A DNA stretch of 64,000 bases, taken from positions 688,266 through 752,265 of the forward strand of contig NW_003526941.1 of the NCBI RefSeq assembly GCF_000181795.1, written 5' to 3'. This stretch comes from Trichinella spiralis (lineage: Eukaryota). Position 1 is the stretch's first letter. Each line of letters opens with the position of its first letter. Shown one piece after another: positions 24,028 to 37,212 of this stretch. The notes under the pieces were generated by a model. That model ran no database searches, had not been told where the DNA came from, and saw only the letters and a program-made list of their open reading frames with translations. The position numbers and the translations under genes are program-made.

Positions 24028-27000
24028 TCAGTCCGCTTTTTCTCTAAACATTAATATTAAAATATTGGTCTTCACGCTGAAAGAACAACAACACATTTGA
24101 TAATAATTTACTTGATTCGATCTGCCCTCTTGCGCAATACTGAAATACCAGACAAAAATGTGATCGTCCCAAGTATGCCCAAATATTTCAGCGTCTCAAA
24201 CATGTTCAGATGAATCCAAAACTGATAATATAACCAAAAGATGCCTAAATTAGTTTCCATTTAATCAGTTGACAAAAATAGGCAGAACAAAATTACTCAC
24301 CTCCAAGCCCAGCATGAAAAACAATCACTACAGGACTGAGTGGAATTGCCCAAATGTTGGCGCCCAAATAAAACCATATGCAAAGCAGGAGGAAAAAAGG
24401 AATTACAACGGCAACACTGAAAATATCGCTGATAAATTTCGGGGGTCTTTTTTCAGGCGGGCGAAAGGAGTGCAAAATTTCTGGTTTCATTTTATAATCG
24501 GTTGCTACAAGAACAGATTTTCGAGCGTGCTCAACAACAGCAGGTAGCTGCAAATTTAATAATGCCTAAAAAATTGACAAATTAAACATATCAGTAAAGT
24601 TTATCAACATAACTCGTAAACAATACATGGACAACAAATAAATTCAAACAGCTAAGTTGTGAAATTTCACCGTATTAAATAAAACCGAAACTTACCAATT
24701 TGAGAATGACTGAATTGATGATAACATCATCACCAACAATCAAGCTAATTTCATACATTCCAGAAGTAAATTCATAATCTTTGGCCATTTGTTTAAAATC
24801 CTGAAATTATTTACAAAATAAAATTCCTAAGTTATTATCATTATTATTCAACAATAATTTCAAAGTTATACAAAAAAAAACAAAATAACTTATTGAAATT
24901 TTACAACCAAAGTTAAAACTCACAATATCCGCCTTATATACGTTGGCATTGGCATCATTGGAAACCGGTACAATAATTGTGGATTTGGTATTTTGTTCTT
25001 CAAATTGTAAGTAAGCTTGGTCAACAAGGACTGATTCTTTCGTCAATTTGTCACTGATGACAAATATCACAGCCAATTTTTGATGATCATCAGCAGACAG
25101 TTGCATAAGCTTCTTCTCATTGATTTTCATACTACAATTCATTTCGAGTGGAGTTAGTCGATGATTTGAATGTTTAGATTTTGTCAAAAAAAAATCATTT
25201 CACTCACGATTCCGTCTTGCCATCCAGTGGAAAACGCTCACTTTCATGAACAGCCAAATTTAGCCCACTAATCAATATCTCACGGCTCACTTTGATAACA
25301 ACTGCTTCTTGAACAATGGGCATATATTTACTATTTGTAGCCCCAACACTGACAAAACATTCATAAAAGCCAGCTTTTCGTTTCTGATCGAAAAACTTCA
25401 ATTCGTAAATGTCGTTCCTATTCCAACAGACAAATGAAAAATAATCATAATTTGCACAATATATAAACTGTGACACAAGGCAATTGCCATACCCATTGGC
25501 AGAAGTGCGTGAAAATGGCTTCGAATTGATCACCACTTCATCAGAACTTGTATGCACTATTTTATCCGCTATTACACGATCCGTTGTAACAATATGACCG
25601 AAAATGTCAGTCACCATGAACTGTTAAGAATAATTATATTGCATTATTTACTCGAATAATTCGAATACAGCTGTCCAAATTTACTCGAATAGAAGATTTG
25701 ACTTCATCAAGTGCACCTTTATGTTCAAGCAATATCGCAAGTGGGACAGAATTTTTTGGTAAATTTGCAACCTGCACAATTGAAATTTCACTTCCTCGTT
25801 TCATTTATCAATTATCAATTCAATATAAATATTTACCTTATCGTCCGCCATATCGTGCAATGCTGAAAAAATGAGAGAAGTCACTCGTGGATGATAAATC
25901 CGACGTCGACTAATGAGGTAGTTGGCAAATTTCAATATTTGTTCCTGGAAGAATAGATTTAGCGTAAACTGTATCGTATGATTTATATACCTTTTTCAAA
26001 ACGACCGGATTTCCAGTTTTCGCTGACAACTGATAAATACCATGAACAATGGAAGCTGTTGTACCAATGCCTCCGTCAAACTGAAAAATTTAACAAACAA
26101 ACTATCAACACAAGTACTTTCAATTATTCAAAACTTCTTAATCAATTAGTTATTAAATAAACTTAAATAAAACATAATTCAAAATGTACGAATAAAACAA
26201 CTTTTTCAAATAAATCAGTCGCCTACTCGCAAATATCGTTCATCAGTTTCATCCGCTTTACTGACCAAATCATTGACGCAATCTGTTAAAAATTTCAAAT
26301 CTCCACTCAAGAACGGCGCCGTGTTCAGCAACATCGAACGACTAAATAGTTCTTTTTTACATTTACAAACGTAAGAGTTAATGCTTATCAAAATACTCAT
26401 TAGGAGAAGTTGATGTCTTGACCAGAGCACTGACGATAGAGCGCATTTTTTCCATATCATCTACAAAATTTACGTTAAAAATTGCCAATAATAAACACGC
26501 CATCACAATTCATACATTTAACTTTCAAATAACCAATACTGGACACAGCGTAAGCAACAATTTTTGCATTACTCTTGTCGGATAAATATTTGTCAAAATG
26601 ATTACTAGGAAAACTAGGGAGCTGAAAGAGAAAAGTTATATTATAAATCTGTAAATTGCTAGAAGCAAAATACATCTATTTCTATGCATACTTGACAATT
26701 TTCTAAAGCTTGAACTGCAAATGCTGCCCAATAGATCGGTTGAATTTCGCTGGTGTTTTTAACAGCTTCTTTGGCGGATTCACATATCAGCTAAAAATAA
26801 ATTATTAGCAAAGAAAACAATCATCCATTTTTCATTATCAATATTTACGAATAGCAACACAATCAAATACTCACTTTAGCTTTGTCATCAGGAATCTTTT
26901 TATTTATAGTTTTCAGACCGTTCGCTGCCCATGCTAAAGATTCGATTGAACTTTGCTTCGAGATTGAATCCAAAAAAAATTGATGCGCAGCAGCAACGTC

Positions 27001-27108
27001 GCTTTCTGTCATCACCTCAGTCAGAATCATCGAATTTCCAACGCCGACTATACAACAAACGATAACAGCGTGCAAAATGCACTTGAAACAAAAGTTACTG
27101 ATCATCAT
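24028..27108 (-). CDS. RPN2: Oligosaccharyltransferase subunit ribophorin II
   Basis: N-terminal signal peptide; KADETDERYL; ADDHQKLAVIF..VDQAYLQF; C-terminal KPEILHSFRPPEKRPPKFISDIFS, transmembrane helices, FHAGLGG and WIHLNMFETLKYL. Last micro-exon ends KEKAD* at 24028. Confidence 0.92.
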
Positions 27109-28049
27109 TTGTTTTCAGCAGACGGCTGCTTGAAAATTAACACCTAAAATTGTTGCTGTGAACTCTTGTGCAAATAATTATTAACGAAACGCGTTCCGAA
27201 CAAAAACTTATCCTCTGAAAATGGTCATCTCACATGAATAATTTAAATATGAAACAATTAACATCGAATTCAATGACACGTCACTGAGTCAATCTTAAAA
27301 GCTACAGTACATTTGACAAAATTCAAGTACAATTACATGCATTCATTAACGTCTCGGTTTCTTGTTTCGACTACCACATTCATTGATATTGTTGATCCAG
27401 CTTGATCAGAAAAATAAAATCTTGTCATCATTATCAAATCAGTTTATTAATGCAATTTTTTAAAACTCTAAAAAGATAAACTTTGGATGTTGACGGATAT
27501 AATAAAAATAAATACTTGCACAATTTGCTGCTTTTGCACAATTTTAACCAACTGTTGCGTACGTGTTGTTTCGTTTCTGCGAAAAATAGTGCCTTGTAGT
27601 AGAAAATTTTCACAAAAAAAAACATGGGAAGATGTAAGAAGCAATGCTGATTTTTCAAATTGCGCATAAAATGCGTTTAACAGATAACAAACAGCCAAAA
27701 GTGGTAAATTATTCGTTTTTTTTATTTTAATGTCAAAGGAAATTGTGCACTGTAGAAAATTTATCTAAAACAGAACACATTATTGTAATTATGCGCAATA
27801 TTATGGATAGATTCGTTCAGATATGATTATTAAACGTGCACAAATTTCTTTTCTCTACAGTTAATGGAAAGATAATCCGCATCGGGAGAATACGTTCAAG
27901 TATCATTGCAGCGGTTTAAAATATCATTTTCACCGGTCATAATAGGCTATTTTGTTTTTAAATTTATGAAACACAAGCTGACTGACGGTTCTTCGACTTT
28001 TTCCATTAATTCTATAATATTCTACACGACATCTTTATCGTCTGATCGA

Positions 28050-29660
28050 TTACGCAATTGTTTGGTGAGATATGGCCTGACAAAGACATATAGCAAAGAT
28101 AAGGCCGACTATCTAAATTCATAATAAAAACTTCAAATTAAAACAAAACAAAACAAAACAAAACGACAGACAATTTGCTCACTTGTATAAGTGCAACTGC
28201 TGCGCCAACGCTAATAACGATAACTAGTTTGCTTTCCAATACATGCCTCAACGCTTCGTAACATCCCTAAAAAACAATAAAAGAAGTTTTCAAAGTTTAA
28301 CATTAAACTGTCCACATTCGAATACTTTTCCGTAACGTTGACTACCCCGGCAATACGTATCAGGATTCCACGGTACCGGAGTTCTACAGCAAGGTGCCGG
28401 AAAGGGTTCTGGAGGCTGATATTTCTTATACCAACCACTTACATTAAATTCACCCCAATTTGATTCAATACCACAGCATTCATACTGAAAAATATTTCAT
28501 GTCATTATTTGAAATATTAAAAAATTTGCAAATCACTTGATTCATAATACTGTCCCAAGCGGCACGAATTCCGTTTGCACTAGACGAAGAACCGTTGTAA
28601 TCTTTGATCGATTCATACATGAGCAGTTTGGTGCTCACTTCAAGCTGAAATAAATGAAAATGAAACAAGATCAATTTCTATTTAGCATAAAAAAAACATT
28701 GGTCAAAAATTGAATAAATCTACAGTGAATATAATGAATTAACGTTGTTACAAAGTTCGTGTTCAACTTGAAAATCCTACTTTTACAGTACGTTTAAACT
28801 TTGGTTGATTTTCTTTTTGATGTTTTCCAATGCATTACGTTAAATTTGAAAAGTCAACTTTGAACAGTATAAATTAAAGCAGAATTTTAGATGAAGTTTA
28901 AGCCAATGAAATAGTCAATATAATGAATAATAAAGTATTTGCAGGTTTATAGTCGAGAAAATGAAAAGAAAATTTACTTAGCTATTTAGTTTGTACTTCA
29001 ACTGTGTAACTTGTAGAGAAACTGAGAACTGGCAAACAAAATATAGTGCAGCTTACGTTTGTTCGATTGACGGCGGCGTAGATGGCGGCTGCAATTTCCA
29101 CGGCCAGTATGATCATCAAGCAAATTGAATACTAAACACAAATAAATATACTTAACCAAAAGTGAATTGAATGCATGGAAGTGAAAATATTTCAAAATGG
29201 GAATGAAAGATGTGCTATTATTGAAATTATACGTGTTAATTGTTAAATGATACAGTGGGAATGGAATGGAAAAGTGAAAATTGAATTAATTACCAGAACT
29301 AGTAATGGCCTCCATTCTTTCATTGCACCACAGCAGCCGAGAAAAGCAATGACAAAAATGACTGCCCCTCCAGCAGTGAGAATAATTCCAATATCGTGCA
29401 CTGCCTGAGGTTTGCTGGCAATTTCTTTCATCATCGGCGAGTCGGCAATATTTTCGCTGGCGTTGATCAGCCTGTCCAAAGCCAAATTGTCCACGATGAG
29501 CCATATGCCGACACCCAGACATACAGTACCAGCAATCTGAGAAGTAAGAAAGCCAAATTATGCATAAAATTATTCACAATTGATCGATTCGTACGAAAAA
29601 AACAAGGTTGAAGGCAAAAATACAATATTTCAAAACTTTCGCACCGCAGCCCAGTACCAT
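28050..29660 (-). CDS. Tetraspanin
   Basis: MVLGCGAKVLKYCIFAFNLVFF / IAGTVCLGVGIW / VIAFLGCCGAMKEWRPLL / YSICLMIILAVEIAAAI / large-loop YECCG..FPAPCC..GC / IVGLIFAICLCQAISHQTIA*. Four transmembrane helices plus CCG and PxxCC motifs. Confidence 0.93.
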
Positions 29661-32600
29661 GTTCAGCCGTATATCATCACCGCCTTTGACAAGCCTGTTG
29701 TGATGAAGCTGAAATTATTTGTGGAATAATTTGAATAAATTTGAAAGAAAGAAAAAAGAATATCGTATATCGAATATGATAATAATATAGTCGGACAAAG
29801 TGCCTTGGTCGCGTCTTTATGGCACATTAGCGAATAGATGAAGTAGAAGAAAATTTAAAAGACAGCAGCAGTTTCTGAGATGTGTGATAAGCTTTCATTT
29901 TTTTCAAACTATACGATTTTTTTTCGAGTTCAAGGAAAACATTCACGCACACACACACACACAATTATGGCCAAGTGAGAAAAATTTCGAAAAAAAAATT
30001 CAGCGAATATAATATAAGCGAAGAAAAATGATTCTCATAAAAAATTTCAAATAGCTATTTTTCATTTTCGTAAAAAAAGCAATAAAAGCAAGATGAAAAA
30101 TATGATTTTATTTATTTATTTATATACTTGACGTGAAAAGCAAAATGATAGAAAGCTACAAGTTTGCAGCATTACCACCATCAATTCAGAGAATTTGATG
30201 CAAGATGAACATTTCCACATTATTATTAATGGCAAAATTATTATCCGCTTTTCAGTAGACGTTTCAATGAAAGAATGACAATAAGCAAAAGAGAGAAAGA
30301 GAGAGAGAGAGCGAGAGAGAGTTGAGAAAATTCAAAAGGGGGATGGATCAATATTCGAGCGCTAAATTTGACGATCACCAGTTGCATTCGGCTTTCAAAA
30401 ATAGCGAACAATAATTTTACCTTTCGATTGAGAGCACTGTTTAAAATATATTACAAGCTCGAAAAAGTAATTATTTAAAAAAGATGAAGCTGAAATTTTA
30501 TCGTTATTATTATTATTATAAATGCACATTTTGAAAGATCAATGCCAACCGAGTGTAATATTTCTCTATATCACTACTTTAAATGCTTATCTAAAAAAAT
30601 TAATTCTGGTCAATTTAAGCAGAAATAATTATAGACATTTTCGAGCAGTGACTGCAGTGATGCCGATGCATGCGTACAATGATGGCAATAGAAATGGTCT
30701 ACAATTGTTTATTGATTTTAAGCTGACTAATGATGAAAAAGATTGAAAGAAAAATTGGTCACTTTTTCACTGATCATAATAGTATGTATAATATAAGGAA
30801 TGAAAGTTCGTGGAATGGTGAAATTAACACAAGCGGATGTTTTGTTCAAGTTTTTTTCATTTTCACTTATTCATTTCAAATGATACTTATTAAATGTAAT
30901 AAAAAAAAAGAAAGAAAATAATTTCCACAACAACATCAATCCACATTTCTTACCAATCGTGTTAGCATGCAAGTGCATTCATTGTTTGAATATGATAGCA
31001 ACGTTAAATAATGTGAAAGTATATGCTGTGTGTGTGTGTGCGTGTCTGTCCACCTTTCTAGTGTGTTTACAGATGAAAATTTCAGAAACAGGCGTTGTCA
31101 GTTATCAATTTCTAAAAACACCGGTGCCAATCACCAAAACCACCACTGATTTCAACTTTTCATCCTATTCACTGATATTTGGATAATTTTTCACCCGAAC
31201 ACACTGTCCGTGACAAGTGACAAAATGGCAAAGGTTGAAATTCAATCAAAGCGTCTGCTTCGAGATGAATAATTTTATAAAAATTTATGACATTCATACC
31301 TGCTTATACTTTTGTACAAAAACAAAAGAATACGGTCGGTTGTGTAGGTGTGAAGTGAAAGTGGAAGATGAAAAGAAAAACAACAACAACAACAACAACT
31401 TGTCGATAAACTTGTGTTCCAAAATCCAAAGGACACAAAGCAGTGGACTAGAGTGGGTTGCGGGTGGGTGGGAGGAGGAGAGATTTTGAAAAGCACAAAA
31501 GTACAACGATTTTGAAGAAGCTGAAAACGACCAGTCGATTGAACTGCTATATCGAATAGGAAAATTTGTGTGACGACTTAATTTGTGCGTTTCTATTTTC
31601 TATTCCATAGATTCTCGTTTGAAATCGAAATTCAATTACGTCATCCGGCTTGTCCGTCAAATTTCCAATCAAAGACGAACGAAGGAATGAATGAATGAAT
31701 AGAGCAGACAAACGACGGATACCACCACGTTCAGGTTGGGAGCGAGAAGAAATTTGCGTAAATCATCCATCCATCCGTCCGTCCGTCGGTCGGTCCGTTG
31801 AGTGATGATGATGAGTGGTGATATTCTTTTTGAAATTGAAAACAACAACCAACTTGTCAACAAGTGCTTGTTGTCGGCGTTGTTGGAGCTCTGTTGTTTA
31901 TCTTTTTGCTTGATGCATTCGATTCACAAAGTCGATCGTTGTGTGTGTTTGTGCTTCATTGTTGAAAGTAGTGTTCTGATGGGTAAAATATTCAAAAGCT
32001 AACAAACAAGCTGAAGAGAAGCGAAGCAATCAGAAAATTAGCTACATTTAATTACACGCCGCCGCTACTAGATAGATAACTCACTTACGCAATTATAATT
32101 ATCACCACTTTCTTGCCAAAGTATAAACAAAAATCAATGCTGATAATAAGAATTATTATTAATTCCGCTGCTATTTTCACTCTTTCATTTCATACTGTTG
32201 CAAAGAACAAATTGAAATAATTTACAGCTTTTAAATCTTGGTATTTGTCGAAAATAAAATTTCCATAAACCTACATTTTTCAACTACAACAACAACATGA
32301 AACTTTGACATTTTTAGCTTCAGATCAGTGATTTATTTGCATTTGAATTTTCATTGTTGTAATAAAAAAAATTTCGCAACAATAAAATCTTCCAATCAAT
32401 TAACAATAAAAATCACACTTACCACACACAGTTAAATAAAATTGAATTTCACAAGAAAAAAGAATAATCTTCAAATTTACTTGTTTGAACACTTGAAACG
32501 GACAACAAACATCATTGAATTGCATTGAATCAATTTCATTTGTTTCAAATGAAACATTCATTTCCTCCTGCGTAAAACCAGTTAATCTAGTCAAATTATC

Positions 32601-33925
32601 TCTCAGTCCATTTCGATCGTAATGTACAAAATTTGCATATCAACTTTGCAAACCAATACATACATATTGATGAGATGAAATTATCCATCGGATGATAAAT
32701 GAATGATTGAACAGAAGTAATTTGCGCGTCGTTTTCCACATCTCGGCAACTGCAATTCATTGCACACAATTTTGACAAACAACACGACCGATGATGAATT
32801 TAATTTCCAAGATCAACTTGTCAATTTGAATTGCAAATAATCGCACGACAGGCTCTATTTCTATTGGATTGTTCTTAATCGAATGGAAAAAATTTTCAAA
32901 TTGAACTAATTTTCACTTTACAACAACAACAACAATCAACTATTGGATGATTTCTTTGTGAAAATTCTACTTCAGATTACATTTTAAAATGTCAACTGAA
33001 AACAATCAACAGCAAATTGAAGAACGGCGGCAAATTTGGCAGTCATTTTGTACACATTGCAACGTTTATTTCATTTCATTTCAATTCATTGTTATTTTTT
33101 ACTCGTTTTTCACTACTGATCGATGATCTCTTGTAAAACTTGCGCAATAAATAAATTCCAAATCAGCTACAGTATATTCATTGTCCAGTTCACGAGAACA
33201 AAGCGTAATATTTTATTCAATTAATTTGTGTGTATATATTACCAAAATCAAAACTTTTGTTTGTAAATTCTCTTCTAAAAAAATATCCACACTTTACAAA
33301 CATACTGTACTGTAAATGGTCGTCAGGTACTTTTTGCAGGTCGATGGAATTTTGTAGCTTGCATATTTTCTGACGATCACTGGGTCGATCTTCAAATGAC
33401 GATGATCACTGGCTGAGCAACGAACGTCTTTACAATCCGCCTGATCAAACTGTGTAAAGAGACTTTTTCCATTTAATTCAGCATTCATAAAACGGCCAAA
33501 GCAGTCCGCTGCACTCCGAATAATGGATGGGAGAAACTGAAGACGTGCTCAGAAGAAAAAAAATATGCTACATGAAAAAAAATACAGACTGACAGCAAAA
33601 GCATAATTTCATACAAGAAAATATAAATATAAATATGAAAAACGCAATAAAGGATACCTTTTCACAGTGGAAAAACCGAATGCAATGAGGGAAAATGATA
33701 TAGATAATTAATTTTTTGCTGCTGATGTTACTGCTGAGAAAGACTAGACAATAATAATAATAATAATGGTGATATAATAATAGTAATAAAAGTAAAAAGT
33801 GATCATATAATAAATAAATAAATAAATGGTGATAACATAAATATTTTTGCTGAATAAATGAACATCAGGATACATGCAAAGGCCACTCTTTTTTCCTTAT
33901 ATACACACACAAGCATTTAAAAAAT

Positions 33926-36900
33926 TCATGAAAGATGAAATGCATATCTGCCGTATTCAACTGCGGTGCGGATACGTTCACGCATCAATTCACGGTCAGA
34001 ATATTCAGGCAACTTCAAGTAATTTACGCAGGTCATCACCGAAGGAAGCAACTTGTCCGTATTTCCACAGTCGCACAATTTGCGTACCACCGTAAAAGGT
34101 GGATTCAAATGTTTCAAACCTGATCATCAAATGAAAAAACAGATGAAATTATTTACATTCACATTATTATATACAAACAAACACCATTTTGTATCATTAC
34201 CTCCTACTGGCAGTCGTGGCGATCCAATCAAAAACTGCAAAAAATCCCGACGTTCTTTCAGCGTATAATTTGACATAATTTCCGCCAGCCAGCGTATCTG
34301 GGGTGATTCTGGAGTGTATCCGTGGTCAGGATGAATTGCTTGAAGCAACGATTGCACTTCCCAAGTATCGGTACTGTCGTTACACCCGGAAATCAACAAC
34401 TCCATCTGCAAAAACCAAAGTCAGAAAAAAATATATATAAATTGTAAATAGATTTTTAAATAAAATAAATAAAACAACTTCTTCACTGATGGTTGTGTAC
34501 GTTAACTACGCGAAGCAATGCTTTTAAAAAACCAAGATTGAGAAAAAAAAGCACATTTAAATAGAGCGAACAGACGACGACGACGAGATGAATCTCGCGC
34601 GTGCACAATTTACTACCAACCTCTTCAGGAAGGAACATTTTCAAACATTTCAGTTGAATAATTGAACCGAAACTTTCTCTCAAAGCGTCCATTTGTCGAA
34701 CAACACCGGCGTGCAGCATCCAAAATGCAACAAGCTAAAAAAACAGATGAGTACAGAAAAAAATTTCAGTTATTCTCCCCCCCCCTCCGTCCCCCAATTT
34801 TACGTCAATGTATTCGGACAAATTTTCCAAAGTCAACGCGATATTCTTGCCACCGGGTTTCAGTTCAACATTCTCACGACCAGGCACGACGAAATCGATT
34901 TGCATATCCTCGATCTCTGCTCGAACTCGTTCGCGCGACTAAAAAGCGAATAAAATACAAAGTCAACAACAACAACAAACAAACAAACAAACAAAATCAC
35001 CCCACCTCTTCCGATCCGAGCCGTCCTTTCAAGAGCAACGTTTTCAAAAAGTGCATCGACGCGGCAAATGCCGGATCCAAGTCGTTAAAGTCGGTGGCGC
35101 AGAGAAATTTCTCCTCTTGCAAAAGCCACTTGAAAAACAGCACGTTCAACGGGATGTCCAACACTCGGCCGTCGAGCAGTGCACGACTGAGCAGTTTGCC
35201 GCACAGACGGAACCGCCGAATCACCTCTTCGCTGTTGCCGGGATTCAGCAGGTCCGGAAACAGGCCGGTGTCGCTGTGGATATACTCGTTGACCCCTTCG
35301 GCCAGTGGTCGGTCTCGGTTCACGGTTCCTCTCCAGAGGTGCAAGTCGGCGCGTTGCAAGTTGTGCGCGACCAGAGCGTAAAATTCCAACGTCGGTCCCA
35401 AACCGGAGCCGACTTCGTTTTCATACTGGACTTCCAACACCGCACGCGAATGGTTCATGTTGTTGAACACGGTCTCGGCTTGTTTCAAAATATTCTGCCT
35501 CGGTATGCAGACTTTGCGACGTTCGAGGCGTGGCGCCAGTCGGTCCGCACTGTTGTAAGAGCTGGACTCGCCGGCGCTTTCGAGCAAATGCTGCAGAGCA
35601 CGGTCGTGGTCGAGGGCGACGACGTTGAACAGCGATCGACGCACGTCGAACGGTAGAATAAATGGACAATGGTAGGCGACCTGCTCGACCCAGTAGGGCA
35701 AGTGGTCGGACAAGATGATCAACGGATCTTGGAGTTGGCGGCTGATTTTGGCGGCAATTTTGGAAACGTGAAACGCAGTCAGCGGTACAAGTGGCGCCGA
35801 ACAGCGGACCAGCGCGCTCTTTTCGTACAATATCCACCAGTAACGAGCGATGCTGAATACTACGCGCAACAGGCCGAGCGCTTTCAAGCAAGGGTCGTAC
35901 GTGGTCACGTTCATTGGCTGTTTCAACTGGGCGAGCAGAATATTTTCCGGCTCCTTGTAGACCGGCGTGGCGTTGGAAGCCGCCGTCGGCGAACGTTTCT
36001 TGCCACCGCCGCTCCCTTTGCCCCCTCGCCTGCCGCGAGACGTTCCCGCCCCGGTGGTCGACGAAGCGCCGCAACTACCGCTCACACCACTGGTCGATGC
36101 CGCTTCTTTACTACTGCCGGCCGATCCACCACCACCACCACCACTGGTGTCGTTTTCGGGCAACAATTTGTACGCAATACGATTGGTCGCCATCCACATG
36201 TCCGGCCCAATCCACTCGGAAACGACCAGACCGTCAGAAGTGACGTTCGACGATTTTCCGCCGTACTGACGAAGCGCCTGGAAAATGGTCATATCGTACG
36301 GCAAAACCCGGTCGTGGATGAGAAGCTGCAGCCGGTGCACACCGTTGGCTATGCTGGCGACGTTCAAAAGCGCCTCGGCATCGTCTTCGGTCAACTCGGT
36401 GCCGTCTTCTTCGTCGTTGCTCGAATCGTCGTCGCCGGGATTCGTCTTCGGCTTACCGTAACCTTTCAAAATCAAGTACCGCTCGATGGTCGATATCGGA
36501 CACAGTGGATCCACTTTGATCACGCCCCGTTTCCACTGGCGCAGTTTCGTTTCAGACGGATGTCGCACTGGTTGGCACTTGATCTGCTGACTGTGCAAAA
36601 AGCGAAACGCGTTCAAGCCCCGCAAACCGCCACCACTCTGACCCCAGGACAAATCGTGCGTTTTGACCGGAAACTGTTCGAGCTGGCTGATGCACATCAC
36701 CAACATGGTGATCAGACGTTTTCCGCTTTCTTCGTCTTCGATGAACACTTCCGGCACTTCGCTTTCCGTGGGCGCTGTGACTCTCACGCCGAACAATTTG
36801 GAACAGAACAGTCGCAGGCGATTCGGCAACGCGTGCTGCCAATTTCCCTGCGTCAAATATTTGGACAGTTCTTCGATCAAACCACTCTGGAGCAATTCGT

Positions 36901-37180
36901 AGCAGGTGACGTCAGAATGCAAAACTTCGACCAGATCGTCGAAACCTTCGTCCGCTTTTTCGGCAAACTTTTGAGCTATTTCGCAAAGCTTCTTGGCAGT
37001 TGCTTGACCGTAGTAATTTGCAACACCACTTCCATCCCCTTCTTTGAAATAATCATCCAGCAGAGCTTTCGCTGTAACTTCAGCCCAAGCCGATACTTTA
37101 TCCGAAATCGACTTCCAATAATTAGCGTGGCTTGAGAGGAATTCCTGAGATTGCGAATCATTCGAATGCAGCACTGTCGA

Positions 37181-37212
<32 letters not shown>

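Noticed and set aside
28140..31800. Microsatellites (AAAAC, GA, AAC, TCCA/TCCG, CA) around the tetraspanin
   Set aside because: Ordinary simple repeats with no higher-order pattern.
35669..37135. 488-aa plus-strand ORF (also 35051-35656 and 34662-35381)
   Set aside because: Antisense shadows of the GC-rich TRIP12 exon; no recognisable domain.
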